DNA from: a virus
Reading direction: 5' to 3' (one strand)
IMG/VR virus record: IMGVR_UViG_637000270_000013
DNA: 58,884 nt
Positions 10,103-27,223 of the stretch are shown one piece after another; the stretch's first letter is position 1, and each line of letters begins with the position of its first letter. Under the pieces are notes generated by a model. It made no database searches, was not told the DNA's origin, and was given only the letters and a program-made list of their open reading frames with translations. A program made the translations under genes and the position numbers.

Positions 10103-10547
10103 TAAGCAAATGTCAGGCGTGATGGATACTTGTATTGCTCGTTGTTCTTCCGGGAATTCATGGCCTCCCGATCTGGCGGAGTTTATTTCCATCGTATCAG
10201 CCGATATGTCCGAAACAAATCCGTTTGGCATTTCGTTAATTAATTTGTCTGAAGAGTTTCGCTGCTATTGCCGAGATCGCGGACTTTATGAAAGTGTAGA
10301 GCAATTTCCCTGGAGTCATCCAGTGATGTATTGGATTTGTACGGAAGTACGTCAGTGCATGATTCAGAACCGTTTGACAGAGGCGGAAGTCGAAAAAGCG
10401 CTATCCAGGGAGCTTGATAAATGGTCGAAGGCGGTTGCCGAGGGGAAAGATATACCCAAGCCTGTTTTACGGTTGCAGGATCGCAGTAGGCCGAGACCAG
10501 CGTGGATAGATTTATTAAAAATCCGTCCTGATGTGAATTATCGATAG
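9903..10547 (+). CDS. Replication protein P-like helicase loader (start uncertain)
   Basis: RLWNIMGMIYLDRW..KNG, WPPDLAEF and FPWSHPVMYWI motifs; overlaps the initiator gene. Confidence 0.7.
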   Translation: MVKKLNNINQLGGMQSKKYGPQSLRNESEKAYRLWNIMGMIYLDRWMAKNGTTPLLTWKAAIGRLNDKQMSGVMDTCIARCSSGNSWPPDLAEFISIVSADMSETNPFGISLINLSEEFRCYCRDRGLYESVEQFPWSHPVMYWICTEVRQCMIQNRLTEAEVEKALSRELDKWSKAVAEGKDIPKPVLRLQDRSRPRPAWIDLLKIRPDVNYR

Positions 10548-10626
10548 TAAAAATTTGAAATATACGGGCAGTGGCAAGCTGATATCACGCCTGTGAGGAG
10601 GGAGATCTAAAAAAGGATATGACGAC

Positions 10627-10983
10627 ATGAGAGACATTAAGTATGTACTAGAAAGCTGGGGAGCACGGGTCGTCAACTCGAACGATAGTCCCATAGCCAA
10701 GTCTTTGTCAGGACTGATCCCGCACAAAATTAAGTCCAGAAAACGGTGTTCAGATGATGACGGTATATGTATTTCTAATTGCATAGTGTCACTTTATGAA
10801 AAAAAACTAAAGCATATAATTTGTTATTTTATTATTACGTTCTAGGCAAAACGTTTATGATTTTAGCATTTGAGCGTCAATGTTAAGATACTCATATTGG
10901 CAAGAGGCATATAAAATGCTGAAGGTATCTTTGAAGGTTATCTCATGGTATTGGATGTTAGTTTGTCATCGTTACCTATTTGA
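10627..10983 (+). pseudogene. Q: Late antiterminator Q, multiply disrupted
   Basis: MRDIKYVLESWG...KIKSRKRCSDDDG; homologous to the Q at 43992; frameshift and stops. Confidence 0.85.
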
Positions 10984-11007
10984 AATGAAATTGGACGTGA
11001 AAAACAC

Positions 11008-11035
11008 TTTACGATCGTAAAATTATGGGTAATCT
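11008..11035 (+). promoter_or_regulatory. Putative late promoter (pR'-like)
   Basis: TTTACG-16-TAATCT after Q; the equivalent TTTACAATCGTA..TATATT follows Q in prophage 2 (44422-44449). Confidence 0.5.
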
Positions 11036-11116
11036 TACTTTTATAGCGCTTCGATGTCCGAATGAAAATTCGCATGGTCATCGAATTTAGAGGTGCGGGC
11101 TAAAGATTGTCATATC

Positions 11117-11536
11117 ATGAGTTGGTATCTTTTAAGATTTAAAGCAACGTTGTTTAATATGGTTTTCAACCATCTAGCTGCATCTGGTGTTTATTATTTT
11201 TGTCCAATGATTGAAACCCAATATCGGCGACCAGATAGTGTAGCGTCCTTTCGGAAAAGACTCTCACCTGTTTTTCCCGGGTATCTGTTTGTGAATCTTG
11301 ACTTCGATCATTGCCATCCGCAAAAACTCTCAGCACACAGACATATTTACGGACTCATCAATTTTGGTCAAGGACCATCGCCCATTGACGATGCGGTGAT
11401 TGATCTCTTAATGGCAAAACCACACATTGTGCGCAAAATCATCGATGCCCCAAGAGCCTGGAAAGAAATGTCGGAGCTGGAAAAAATCATGTATATCTGC
11501 GATGACGAACAGCGGATTGCGGCTTTTCTGAATTAA
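11117..11536 (+). CDS. RfaH/NusG-family transcription factor (NGN domain, shortened C-terminus)
   Basis: MSWYLLRFK, FCPM, PVFPGYLFVNLD and GLINFGQGPSPIDDAVID motifs typical of the RfaH-type NGN domain. Confidence 0.85.
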   Translation: MSWYLLRFKATLFNMVFNHLAASGVYYFCPMIETQYRRPDSVASFRKRLSPVFPGYLFVNLDFDHCHPQKLSAHRHIYGLINFGQGPSPIDDAVIDLLMAKPHIVRKIIDAPRAWKEMSELEKIMYICDDEQRIAAFLN

Positions 11537-11633
11537 ATGCAATCACGGCATTCTTCCGTCGCTGCCTAAACTCATCACTTAACATCTATGGCTTCGTTCC
11601 GGTAAAGCCTTTTTGCCGTTATGAGGAGATACT

Positions 11634-12403
11634 ATGCTATCCGCTATCCGCTATCCGCTATCCGCTATCCGCTATCCGCTATCCGCTATTCGCCCTTTGC
11701 CCGGTCATTCGGTGCTTAATCCACTGGCAGGGAGCATCTCCAGTGCCCGTAACCGGTCATAGGCTTTGACATCAAGCCCTCGTGCTGGTCGTTTGTTAAG
11801 CGCGCGGTGCTCTTGGTTTTTCGGCACATAGCCAGTGTGTTTCAGTTTATCCCTCGTGGGCTGGCTTCGCTGGTCAGATGTCGAAACGCTCCCCGTCCGT
11901 TGGATATCAGCACTACCGGCCTGATGACGAAGACGCCCCAAACAGCGGGTATACTTCGCTATCTCGACCATCTGGTCAAAGCGACGGATATCGGTTGGGC
12001 TGAAGTGAATCACGATAACCCGGAACGACTATGTGACCAGGTAGCCCGACGCAGTTTTAACCGCACAGTGTTGACGGCAGAGCTTTAAGGTCAGTCGTTT
12101 AACGCCTGTACCCGGATGCTGGCGCATCTGGAAGGGGAATACGGCCAGCAACTCCGGGGTGTACTGGACTTCGCCGCCGAGCGGGTGGGGCAGACGGAGG
12201 AAGACCCGGTGAAAGTCTCCACCGTCTAAAAGTACCCTACCTTCGTCGAGGACATCATCATCGCCTTGCACGAGCGTCTGGGTCGTTACGACGTGCTGGT
12301 TGAGCCCGGTGCTGATATCCGGCAGTACGGTGACCTGACGTCGAGAGATATCAAGGCGTTATCCTGTGTTGGCATTGGTGCTGACACCTTAATCGTTACA
12401 TAG
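11634..12403 (+). pseudogene. Unknown gene of about 250 codons between the RfaH-like gene and the holin
   Basis: RBS and ATG; one frameshift near 11750, then one frame continues to TAG at 12403 through two in-frame TAA codons. Confidence 0.6.
11636..11693 (+). repeat. Heptamer tandem repeat (GCTATCC)7 plus one imperfect unit
   Basis: Counted directly; begins at the G of the ATG at 11634, which follows a GAGGAG RBS. Confidence 0.97.
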
Positions 12404-12443
12404 CGTCATTTCGATGCTGTAACCTTCCTTTTGATAAAAAATA

Positions 12444-12785
12444 ATGAAAATGCCTGAGAAAGAGCCGGGATTCTGGGTCGCGCTGCTGGCCTGGATACGC
12501 TGCAACCAAACCGATTTTGGCTACGCCACTGTCGCCGCCCTGTTTTCGTTTCTGCGCAATGCGTGGGTCAGAAATCCGTGGAGTCGGCGACTGCTAGACA
12601 CGCTGTCCTGTAGCACACTGGCATTCTTCGCCAAGCCTCTATTGACCCTTATTGAAGTTATGCTTGGCTTGACACTGCCCGAGTCAGCACCACAGGCCCT
12701 GGCGATTTATATCGGCTACGTCGGGACTGACTACATCCGCGAGCGCATAAAGGCGTTTACCCGGCGCAAGAATCAGGAGTCATGA
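12444..12785 (+). CDS. Lambda-family holin with dual start (Met-Lys-Met)
   Basis: MKMPEK start, three hydrophobic segments, IGYVGTDYIR, basic tail. Confidence 0.9.
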   Translation: MKMPEKEPGFWVALLAWIRCNQTDFGYATVAALFSFLRNAWVRNPWSRRLLDTLSCSTLAFFAKPLLTLIEVMLGLTLPESAPQALAIYIGYVGTDYIRERIKAFTRRKNQES

Positions 12786-13222
12786 TGAATATCAGTCAGA
12801 ATGGATTAGAACGGATAAAGGCGTTTGAGGGGCTTCAGCTCACCGCATATCAATGCAGCGCAGACAGATGGACTATCGGCTACGGGCATACGAACGGCGT
12901 CAAGGCAGAGGATGTTATCCCCCTCGAACAGGCAGACGCTTTTCTGCGTGACGATATCGACGCCGTGGTTGAACGACTGAATGCCTTGATAACCGTGCCG
13001 GTGGCACAGAATCAGTTCGACGCATTGTGTTCACTGGTTTTCAATATCGGCATCGGGGCATTTGCTAAATCGACGTTGCTTAAAAAGCTGAATGAAAGTG
13101 ATTACCCCGGGGCAGCGGTAGAGTTCTCCAAATGGTGCCATGCGACCGTTGACGGTAAAAAAGTGTCGTTGCCAGGCTTGATTAAGCGCAGGCAGGAAGA
13201 GAAAGCTTTATTTGAACCATGA
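12782..13222 (+). CDS. Endolysin (GH24 lysozyme)
   Basis: IKAFEG, WTIGYGHT, QNQFDALCSLVFNIG and LPGLIKRR motifs. Confidence 0.93.
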   Translation: MMNISQNGLERIKAFEGLQLTAYQCSADRWTIGYGHTNGVKAEDVIPLEQADAFLRDDIDAVVERLNALITVPVAQNQFDALCSLVFNIGIGAFAKSTLLKKLNESDYPGAAVEFSKWCHATVDGKKVSLPGLIKRRQEEKALFEP

Positions 13223-13431
13223 AAATGATGTCTTAATTAATAATGTCATTAGGAGTATCTGTATGAAAAACGCATTTATCGTGTTTTGTATGAAAGTTTC
13301 AGGCAAGACGAAAAACAAATTGGCTAAAGACTTTGGATTTCACTATTTCCTGATGCGTTCAAAGTTTAAGGCTTATTTGGCGTGCGGTGTTTTCGTAATA
13401 CGTTAATCGAAGAGCAACACAGGTTGGTAGC

Positions 13432-13821
13432 ATGATGCGCTGGAGGCTCCTTACCCTCGCCGCGATGCTCGCGACGATTACCGCTCTCGCCATCGTGGTG
13501 AGACTCCAGTATGTCGAAATCACTCGCCTGAAGCAGGCTAACCAATCGATGGTCGCCGAGCGTGACGCCGCCCGCGCACAGTTTACCCACTATGAACAGG
13601 CGGTAGCGCTGTTCAACCAGATAGCCGGAGCAACACAGGATGCACATCAGCACGCGGTGCAAGACTTCCAGCCGCGTATCATCCAGATACGTGAGGCCCT
13701 TACGCCTGAGCGCTGTGCTCGTCTGCCTGTGCCTGCTGCCGCTGTTAACCGGCTGCGGGCGCACGCAGACCAGATACCTGCCCATCCCGCCCGCGCCGAT
13801 ACCGGCCACGCTGCTCGATGA
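13432..13821 (+). CDS. Rz-like i-spanin
   Basis: N-terminal TM helix then coiled coil; follows the endolysin; overlapping lipoprotein gene. Confidence 0.8.
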   Translation: MMRWRLLTLAAMLATITALAIVVRLQYVEITRLKQANQSMVAERDAARAQFTHYEQAVALFNQIAGATQDAHQHAVQDFQPRIIQIREALTPERCARLPVPAAAVNRLRAHADQIPAHPARADTGHAAR

Positions 13822-13957
13822 TTGCCCGCCGCCGGTTATCCCAGAGCACATGACGTGGGGCGATAGCGTGATACTCAATGAGAAGCTGCTGCTGGCGCTG
13901 GAGATGTGCAATCAGGATAAAGCTGCGCTGAGGCAGATTGAGGAAATGCGAAAATGA
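13691..13957 (+). CDS. Rz1-like o-spanin lipoprotein
   Basis: Lipobox LLTGC, Pro-rich, ALEMCNQDKAALR. Confidence 0.85.
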   Translation: MRPLRLSAVLVCLCLLPLLTGCGRTQTRYLPIPPAPIPATLLDDCPPPVIPEHMTWGDSVILNEKLLLALEMCNQDKAALRQIEEMRK

Positions 13958-18108
<4,151 letters not shown>

Positions 18109-18456
18109 ATGATGGCTAAACATGTCACTGTGGGCTGCAAACTGCCCAATGGCCTGGTCTTTGAGGTAGAAGGGCTGACCGTTACCCTCAACGGTAATCG
18201 TCAGGAAGCGGGGCACGTTACCGGCGGGTATGGCTTGACCCAGGTTGACAAGGTCTTTTTCGATGCCTGGTTGGCGATACACGCCCAACAACCCTATATC
18301 AAAAACGGGGTGGTATTCGCCCAAAGTATCCAAAACAGTGCCCGCTCGCAGGCGAGGGAGCAGGCCGGGACAGTCTCCGAATTGGAGCCGCTGTCGCAGG
18401 AAAATCCGCTACCGGGCATCGCCCGGGATGATGAGGCGATGCGCCAGAAGGGGTAA
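18109..18456 (+). CDS. Virion structural protein
   Basis: VTVGCKLPNGL...GGYGLT; follows the capsid gene. Confidence 0.7.
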   Translation: MMAKHVTVGCKLPNGLVFEVEGLTVTLNGNRQEAGHVTGGYGLTQVDKVFFDAWLAIHAQQPYIKNGVVFAQSIQNSARSQAREQAGTVSELEPLSQENPLPGIARDDEAMRQKG

Positions 18457-21209
<2,753 letters not shown>

Positions 21210-21218
21210 GAAAGGGCC

Positions 21219-21570
21219 ATGCAAACACGTTCATTGCGACTCGACACACAGACCTGGGATCTGATGCTGGACGGGCCGGCAATCTGGCAGTAACCGATAA
21301 CCCTTACGCGGTGGCCCAGGATGTTGCCTGTGCCTGCAGCACCTTTTTGGGGAATGCTGGTACGACACCACACTGGGCATCCCCTCTATCCACGCATCCT
21401 GGGCCAGTGGCCGGGGACGCAGTTTATTAACACCAAAATGCAGCAGGAAGCGATGAAGCTGCCCTATGTGTCGTCCGCGAGCTGCACGGCCGTTTCCTGG
21501 TGGCGAGCGCCGTATGGGCGGCGTCATGACGATAACCGATACCAACTTTGACCAAACCACGGTGCTATTA
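21219..21570 (+). pseudogene. Baseplate wedge subunit, frameshifted
   Basis: MQTRSLRLDTQTWDL start; position before baseplate J. Confidence 0.6.
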
Positions 21571-22690
21571 TGACAAAGAAATCCTCGGCGCATACCACCG
21601 CAGTGCCGGCGGTTACTTTTTCCAAGACAGGCCTGTTGGTACCGGATGAGGTCGATATTCTGAACGGCCGGCTAAGCGATTTCTCCACGGCGCTTGGTGG
21701 TGCGATGAGCACCAGCCTGACGACCCCGCAGGGCCAGCTGGCCAGCTGGCCAGCAGTGAGGCAGCGATTATCGCCGCCAGAAACGACCAGCTGCTGGCGT
21801 TGGTTAACCATTAACCCGGATTTTGCCAGTGGCCGGTTTCAGGACGCAATTGGGCGACTGTATTTTATTGACCGCCTTGGCGCGACCGGTACCACGGTGA
21901 CGGCTATCTGCACGGGGCTGGCCGGTACGCAGCTGCCGGTGGGCAGTGTGGCGCAAGATACGCGCGGCTATCAGTATGTTGCGGTCAATGCTGCCACCCT
22001 GCCCGCGAGCGGCAGCGCTGGTTCCAGAATACGACCCAGGGGCCTATTCCCTTCGGTGCCGGGGAGTTAATCCAGATTTACCGGGCTGGTCGGCCATCAC
22101 GAATCACGTCGCCGGCGTGTTGGGCAATGAGGTAGAAGGCCGTACGGCGTTTGAAGCGCGCCGGCGTCGTTCTGTCGCCGCGAATGCGCGCAATCTGGAT
22201 GTGTCTCTTCAGGAGGCGCTGCTGGCGGTGCACAGGCCGATATTGCCCAGGCTATTTTCAACAACAAGGCCCTCGGTTGCGAGATGAACAGCGATACGCA
22301 TTACACCGTTCAACATACCGAGGGCTACAGCCCACTGTATCCCGAGTATGCCTTGCAGTGGCAGACGGCAAAGCCCACCACGGTGTCTTTTCGGGTGACG
22401 CTGCAAAATCAGCGCACTGAGCTGCCCGCCGATACCGATAGTCGTATCCAGCAGGCGATTATCAAGACGTTTACCGGGCAGGACGATATCAACGCCGCGG
22501 CGACCATCGGGGCACTTATCCCTGCCGGGCGGTTTTATGCCGGTGTGCCGCCGCTGACCCGGTCAGGCTGAATATCGCGGTGATAGAGCTATCACTGGAC
22601 GCTCAGCACTGGTCGTCGGGGGTGACGCTGGGTATTGACCAGGTGCCGGTGACGTCAGAGACGGCTATTCAGGTGGTGACGGCTGAACTA
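21570..22690 (+). pseudogene. Baseplate J-like protein, fragmented
   Basis: LTTPQGQLAS and NPDFASGRFQDAIG motifs; multiple frameshifts and deletions. Confidence 0.8.
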
Positions 22691-23320
22691 CCTGAAGACG
22701 ATACAGGCGTAGTATGCAGCATCACTGGCGTTAAACGCTGTGATAGCCACCTTTGAGCAGGCCGTCAGTCTCGAGCGCTTTACCGACACCTTTTTAACGG
22801 CGTTATGGGATATCGAGACGGCACAAACCTATGGTCTGGATATCTGGGGAAAAATTGTCGGCGTGTCGCGTTATCTGACGGTGGAAGATACCCCGGATTA
22901 TCTGGGCTTTGACGAAGTTGAAATCACCGCCATTGACGGCTACCCGCAGCCGTTCGATGTGTCACCGTTTTATGCCGGGCTGCAACCCTCATCGGTGGTC
23001 AGATTAACCGATGATGCCTACCGCAAGCTGATACGGGCAAAAGCCTTTAGCAATATTACCGATGCCACTATCCCGTCGGTTAACCGCTTTTTGCGCATTC
23101 TGTTTACTGACCGGGGCAAGGTGTACTGCACTGACGGGTGGGATATGGCCATGAACATTGTGTTCGAGTTTCCGCCGACGCCGTCTGACCTGGCGATACT
23201 GAAAACGCTGGCATTGTGCCGGTACCGAGCGGGGTAGAGGTGCGATTTATCATTGCGCCGACGCTCAATCTGGGCTTTGCGGCAGACACCTATACGATGG
23301 ATGAGGGCACCTTTTACTGA
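22690..23320 (+). pseudogene. DUF2612-like baseplate protein
   Basis: WDIETAQTYGLDIWGKIVGVSR and LTDDAYRKLI motifs; disrupted ends. Confidence 0.75.
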
Positions 23321-23357
23321 ATGACCTGCGACATACAGGTTTTTTATGGGAGTTTAC

Positions 23358-24749
23358 ATGAAATCCAGCCATACCCCCACCAAACACGCGATACCGTTCG
23401 GGCAGAACGGCAACAAGCGTGATATCCCGCTGGAAAGCAAAACCGGCAGCGGCGAGGCCTCGCTGAGTCTGGGCTTTCCGCCGGAAACGATGGTGCCCAA
23501 AGTCTCGGGCGGCATTCCGCCCAGCGGCAAGGACTTTAACGGTATCCTCAATGAACTCTCGGCGATGGGTCGCTGGGCCAATGCCGGGGCGGGTTACCCG
23601 TTTGATGCGGCGTTTGCCAACGCCGTCGGCGGTTATCCTGCCGGTGCGAAAATCCCGAACGTGGAGAACAGCGGTTTCTGGCTGAACACCGTCGATAACA
23701 ATAACAATCTGGATAATCCCGAGGTGGCAGACGACCGGCTGACGGGCAGGGTACCGGCAGAAAACTACGGTATTGCCACGCTATCCGGGCTGGTAAAGGC
23801 GGATGTGACGCTGACCACGTTACAGTCGGCCAAGGTGCGTATCGTGCTTACAGGTGAGCTGAAGGCCAATATGGCGGTCATTTTCCCCGCGTGGCAGACG
23901 AGCTGGACGGTGGTGAATCAATGCACGGGCAGTGGCTCGCTGATTTGTCGCACGAAAGCGGGAGCGGGTGTTGTGGTGCCCAAGGGTGAGTCGAGGGAGA
24001 TTATTGGCGACGGCAGTGGCCTTGTGCCGCGTATCGTGAATGCCAGCACAACAGTTGCGGGCATCACCCAGCTTAGCAGCGCCATAGACAGCGACAGCGA
24101 GACGCTGGCTGCGACGCCAAAGGCGGTGAAGGCGCTCGCTGATACTCTCAGTAGTGGCCGCCTGCTGAATATCCAGTCCTTCACCAAAAGCGGCATCTAT
24201 ACGCCGACGCTGGGGACACGGAAAATCCGCGTGAAATGCTGGGGCGCGGGCGGAGGCGGTGCTGGGACTTCAACAAACGGTGGTGCAACTTCGGGCGCAG
24301 GGGGGGATGTCGAAGGGTTATATGTACTCCCTAATATAGCAACAATTGAAGTAGTAGTTGGCAGTGGTGGTGCTAGTGTTGATGGAGATGTGGCTGCTAA
24401 TGGTGGAGATGGAGGTGCATCATCTATTATGGCATTATCAATTACTGCTGATGGTGGTGGCGGAGGTCAATCGACAGGCAACCTAAAAGGAGGAAAAACA
24501 TCTGGTCCAAGCGGTTCAATAATCCTTATTCAAGGACAAGGTGGTATGGGATCACTCGCTTCTTTTTCTGACGGAATTGGTGGTGCCTTTTTTTCATCTT
24601 CGGGCGGTGTACCTCATGTAGGTGGTCCAGGTGAGTGCGGAGGGTATCCTGGTGGCGGTGGAGCAGGGGCATTTAAATCATATGAAAACTCTGCACATGC
24701 GTCGGGAAGAGGTGCAGACGGACTGGTCATTGTAGAGGAATATTCATGA
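23358..24749 (+). CDS. Tail fibre protein with Gly-rich C-terminus, intact
   Basis: GFPPETM..GGIPPSGKDFNGIL, GITQLSSA..AATPKAVK, WGAGGGG and GADGLVIVEEY motifs. Confidence 0.9.
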   Translation: MKSSHTPTKHAIPFGQNGNKRDIPLESKTGSGEASLSLGFPPETMVPKVSGGIPPSGKDFNGILNELSAMGRWANAGAGYPFDAAFANAVGGYPAGAKIPNVENSGFWLNTVDNNNNLDNPEVADDRLTGRVPAENYGIATLSGLVKADVTLTTLQSAKVRIVLTGELKANMAVIFPAWQTSWTVVNQCTGSGSLICRTKAGAGVVVPKGESREIIGDGSGLVPRIVNASTTVAGITQLSSAIDSDSETLAATPKAVKALADTLSSGRLLNIQSFTKSGIYTPTLGTRKIRVKCWGAGGGGAGTSTNGGATSGAGGDVEGLYVLPNIATIEVVVGSGGASVDGDVAANGGDGGASSIMALSITADGGGGGQSTGNLKGGKTSGPSGSIILIQGQGGMGSLASFSDGIGGAFFSSSGGVPHVGGPGECGGYPGGGGAGAFKSYENSAHASGRGADGLVIVEEYS

Positions 24750-24961
24750 TGAAAAAGAGTGGGGCATATGCTTTGATTCCTGAAGGAAACAATATTTTTG
24801 AAAACATTATTGTAGAAAATAATAGCTTTAAGAAAAAAGGTTACTACACTATTAAGTATTACGACTCTGTGTTTTGTCAGCCTAGAATGTATTACAACAA
24901 GAATGACAGTTTGTTTTATGACAGCCCTGATTTCAAAGAAATTAATGGCATTAGAGTATAA
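24746..24961 (+). CDS. Small tail-fibre-associated protein
   Basis: Coupled to the fibre stop codon; YALI..NIFENIIV pattern. Confidence 0.6.
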   Translation: MMKKSGAYALIPEGNNIFENIIVENNSFKKKGYYTIKYYDSVFCQPRMYYNKNDSLFYDSPDFKEINGIRV

Positions 24962-26040
24962 TTAATTAAACCCGTTTCTAATAAAGTCACGTATTTTAGA
25001 AAACTTCTTATCTATCAAATTTACACATAAAATTGATAATAATATTGAAATTGGATAGGCTAACAAAAACACTCTCCATCCTCTTGTGGGGTGTGTTGTA
25101 CCGATTATTAGCCAAGAAAAATACCCACAAAAATAATGACAGAGAAAAACGGGATAAGCCATGTCACCGATTTATTTAGCTATCTCTCTAAATTTACCAT
25201 GGTATTCACAGCGAATTAAAATCATAACAATAATAGAGTAGATTACATTGTTAATGTAGTAACCAAGCTGTATCCATCCAGTAGGATTAATACATTCTGA
25301 TAGGTACCAGTTGGTACAGAAAATGATTATACATAAAAATAATAGTGTTGTTTTTGTTGAAAAGTTAAGTGATAGCTCACTTTTTTTATCTTTTCAGATA
25401 AGAAAAAACTTACGGAGCCAATACTAAATGGCAACAATGCAGCTACAAAAGAGAAATATGCTATTTGAAAAGATTGAATCTGGTAATATACATAAACATG
25501 ATAAATAATCGATAAGACAAGTGCTACAAACGAAAAATACCATTTCCTAGCTATTATGAACCATAGGAGGAAATAACATACTAATTCAACAGCAACAGAC
25601 CAGCTAGATGTAACAATGCGGAATCTGTTTCCATCCACATGAAATGGATATTCTTTGATAAAGGCTGCAAAAGGATTAGCCACAGCGTTATCTGATAAGA
25701 ACGCCCAGGGAAAAATCAGTAAATTTCCCAGGTAATCACCAGGAAGAAAATTACCACTCCAAGAAGTATGAAATAACCGCGCTGATGGGAACAGATAAAT
25801 TATGATAAATCCCACCAAGAGGAATATAAAATATGAAGGGTATAATCTCAAAAATCTATTTATTAAAAACTTGAAAAAATTAAAGTGATATGTTTTATTT
25901 AAGATTAATGTTATAAGAAAACCACTGATAACATAAAAGCTATTTACAGCATAAACTCCAAGCATTGGCATAATAGCTGTAAGGTGAAAAGCCATTACAC
26001 AGCTAGCTAAGAAAAATCGAAAAATGCCTAGCATATTCAT
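24962..26040 (-). pseudogene. Acyltransferase-3 (OafA/Oac-like) membrane O-acyltransferase, frameshifted
   Basis: RFFLASCVMAFH, AVNSFYVISGFLI, NRFLRLYPSY, SWSVAVELVCY and GDMAYPVFLCH motifs; low GC. Confidence 0.85.
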
Positions 26041-26087
26041 TTCTCATATTGAGGTAAGATTTATTTCAAACTCTGCAAGCAAGCCAA

Positions 26088-26867
26088 TTACAATAATTTC
26101 ATCAATTCGTGATCTAAATCTGCCTCCACCCTTTTCAATGGAAGATGGTGTGAAATTGTATAACTCAGCATTTTTTTATCTAAAATTTTTTCAATCGATA
26201 GCGAGTTATGTTTATACGTTGGATCTTGCAATTGAATTGCTATAAAATGAAAATTATTTGTTAACTCATTTAATCTATTTCGTAATTTATCAAAAGAGTT
26301 AGAAAGATCATACTTCGGAAGTGCAATCATCATGAATATTTTTCCATCATCTGAAGTCAATAGCTTTCTGAACCTTTCAACAGTTCGTACTATATAATTA
26401 TAATTTTCAGATTGAGTTACATCACGATGATTAAATGTATTTATTGTACTGTGCTTGTTTTCAAAATATACGTGTGAAGCACCTGGTTCATAATCTCTGT
26501 CATGCCTTTCATTTGTTAATGAGAGATAGTGCTTTTTATCAAGAAATAAAGAGAAATCATCATTTAGACAATTTAAAATAATTTCTGAATGAGTAAAAAT
26601 ACAATCAAAAGGTAAAGAATATTTTTTAAGTCCATGATCTTTCAGAGTGGCAGAATATAAGCAATGGTTGCCTAGCGAAGCTATGTGCTTAACTTTTCTT
26701 CCATTTATTAATCTTTCTCCTCTTACTAGAGAAATTAGGGGGTTTACAATTTTCTGCTCTTCTTTAATATTTACGGAATCACATGTAGGACTATTGCAAA
26801 TCTTAGGCAATTGTTCAGAACTGCGTGATAGGCTTTCTGAGTCATTGTTATCAGCATTGAATTTCAA
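26088..26867 (-). CDS. DUF1796-like putative papain-fold protein
   Basis: IASLGNHC...LKKYSLPFD and YIVRTVERFRKLL motifs; C-terminus may be frameshifted. Confidence 0.6.
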   Translation of the reverse strand: MKFNADNNDSESLSRSSEQLPKICNSPTCDSVNIKEEQKIVNPLISLVRGERLINGRKVKHIASLGNHCLYSATLKDHGLKKYSLPFDCIFTHSEIILNCLNDDFSLFLDKKHYLSLTNERHDRDYEPGASHVYFENKHSTINTFNHRDVTQSENYNYIVRTVERFRKLLTSDDGKIFMMIALPKYDLSNSFDKLRNRLNELTNNFHFIAIQLQDPTYKHNSLSIEKILDKKMLSYTISHHLPLKRVEADLDHELMKLL

Positions 26868-27025
26868 AATTTTTTTACGTAGCCTATGACTCGGTGTTTG
26901 TTAAGTATATTCATATTTTGTAAAAGTGTAGTTGGCTGATGGGATACCATATATATTAAGTTAAAAAACAACCCAGCTTTAAACCTAGCTATGTCGCTGA
27001 GGGAAATCAAGAAGAGTAGAAAAAA

Positions 27026-27223
27026 TTAGCGAGTCAAATCATCCAGGTCATGACCGGATAGGCCGGTAAACTGTTTCACTGCAGTCCGAGTTAAGCCGCT
27101 GTCGAGCATATGTCGGGCAATCTTGAGCGAGGCCAGCTTTTCACCTTCTTGCAACCCTTCCTGACGACCTTTCTGCTCGCCAAGCTGGATGCCTTTAGCT
27201 TCAAGCTGCTCTGCAATGGTCAT
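27026..27223 (-). CDS. Intragenic RpnS-like small protein
   Basis: GGAGG RBS, ATG at 27223, open 65-aa ORF MTIAEQLEAKG. Confidence 0.6.
   Translation of the reverse strand: MTIAEQLEAKGIQLGEQKGRQEGLQEGEKLASLKIARHMLDSGLTRTAVKQFTGLSGHDLDDLTR

Noticed and set aside
11636-11693. CRISPR array
   Set aside because: Spacerless 7-bp tandem repeat with no cas genes.
13212-13406. Small AT-rich ORF between lysozyme and Rz as a real gene
   Set aside because: No recognisable motif; cannot be distinguished from a spurious ORF.
13599-13611. ops-like GGCGGTAGCGCTG as the loading site for the RfaH-like factor
   Set aside because: It lacks the terminal TG at consensus spacing, lies in Rz coding sequence, and also occurs at 46728 in the prophage without the factor. 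Not supportable, though worth testing.
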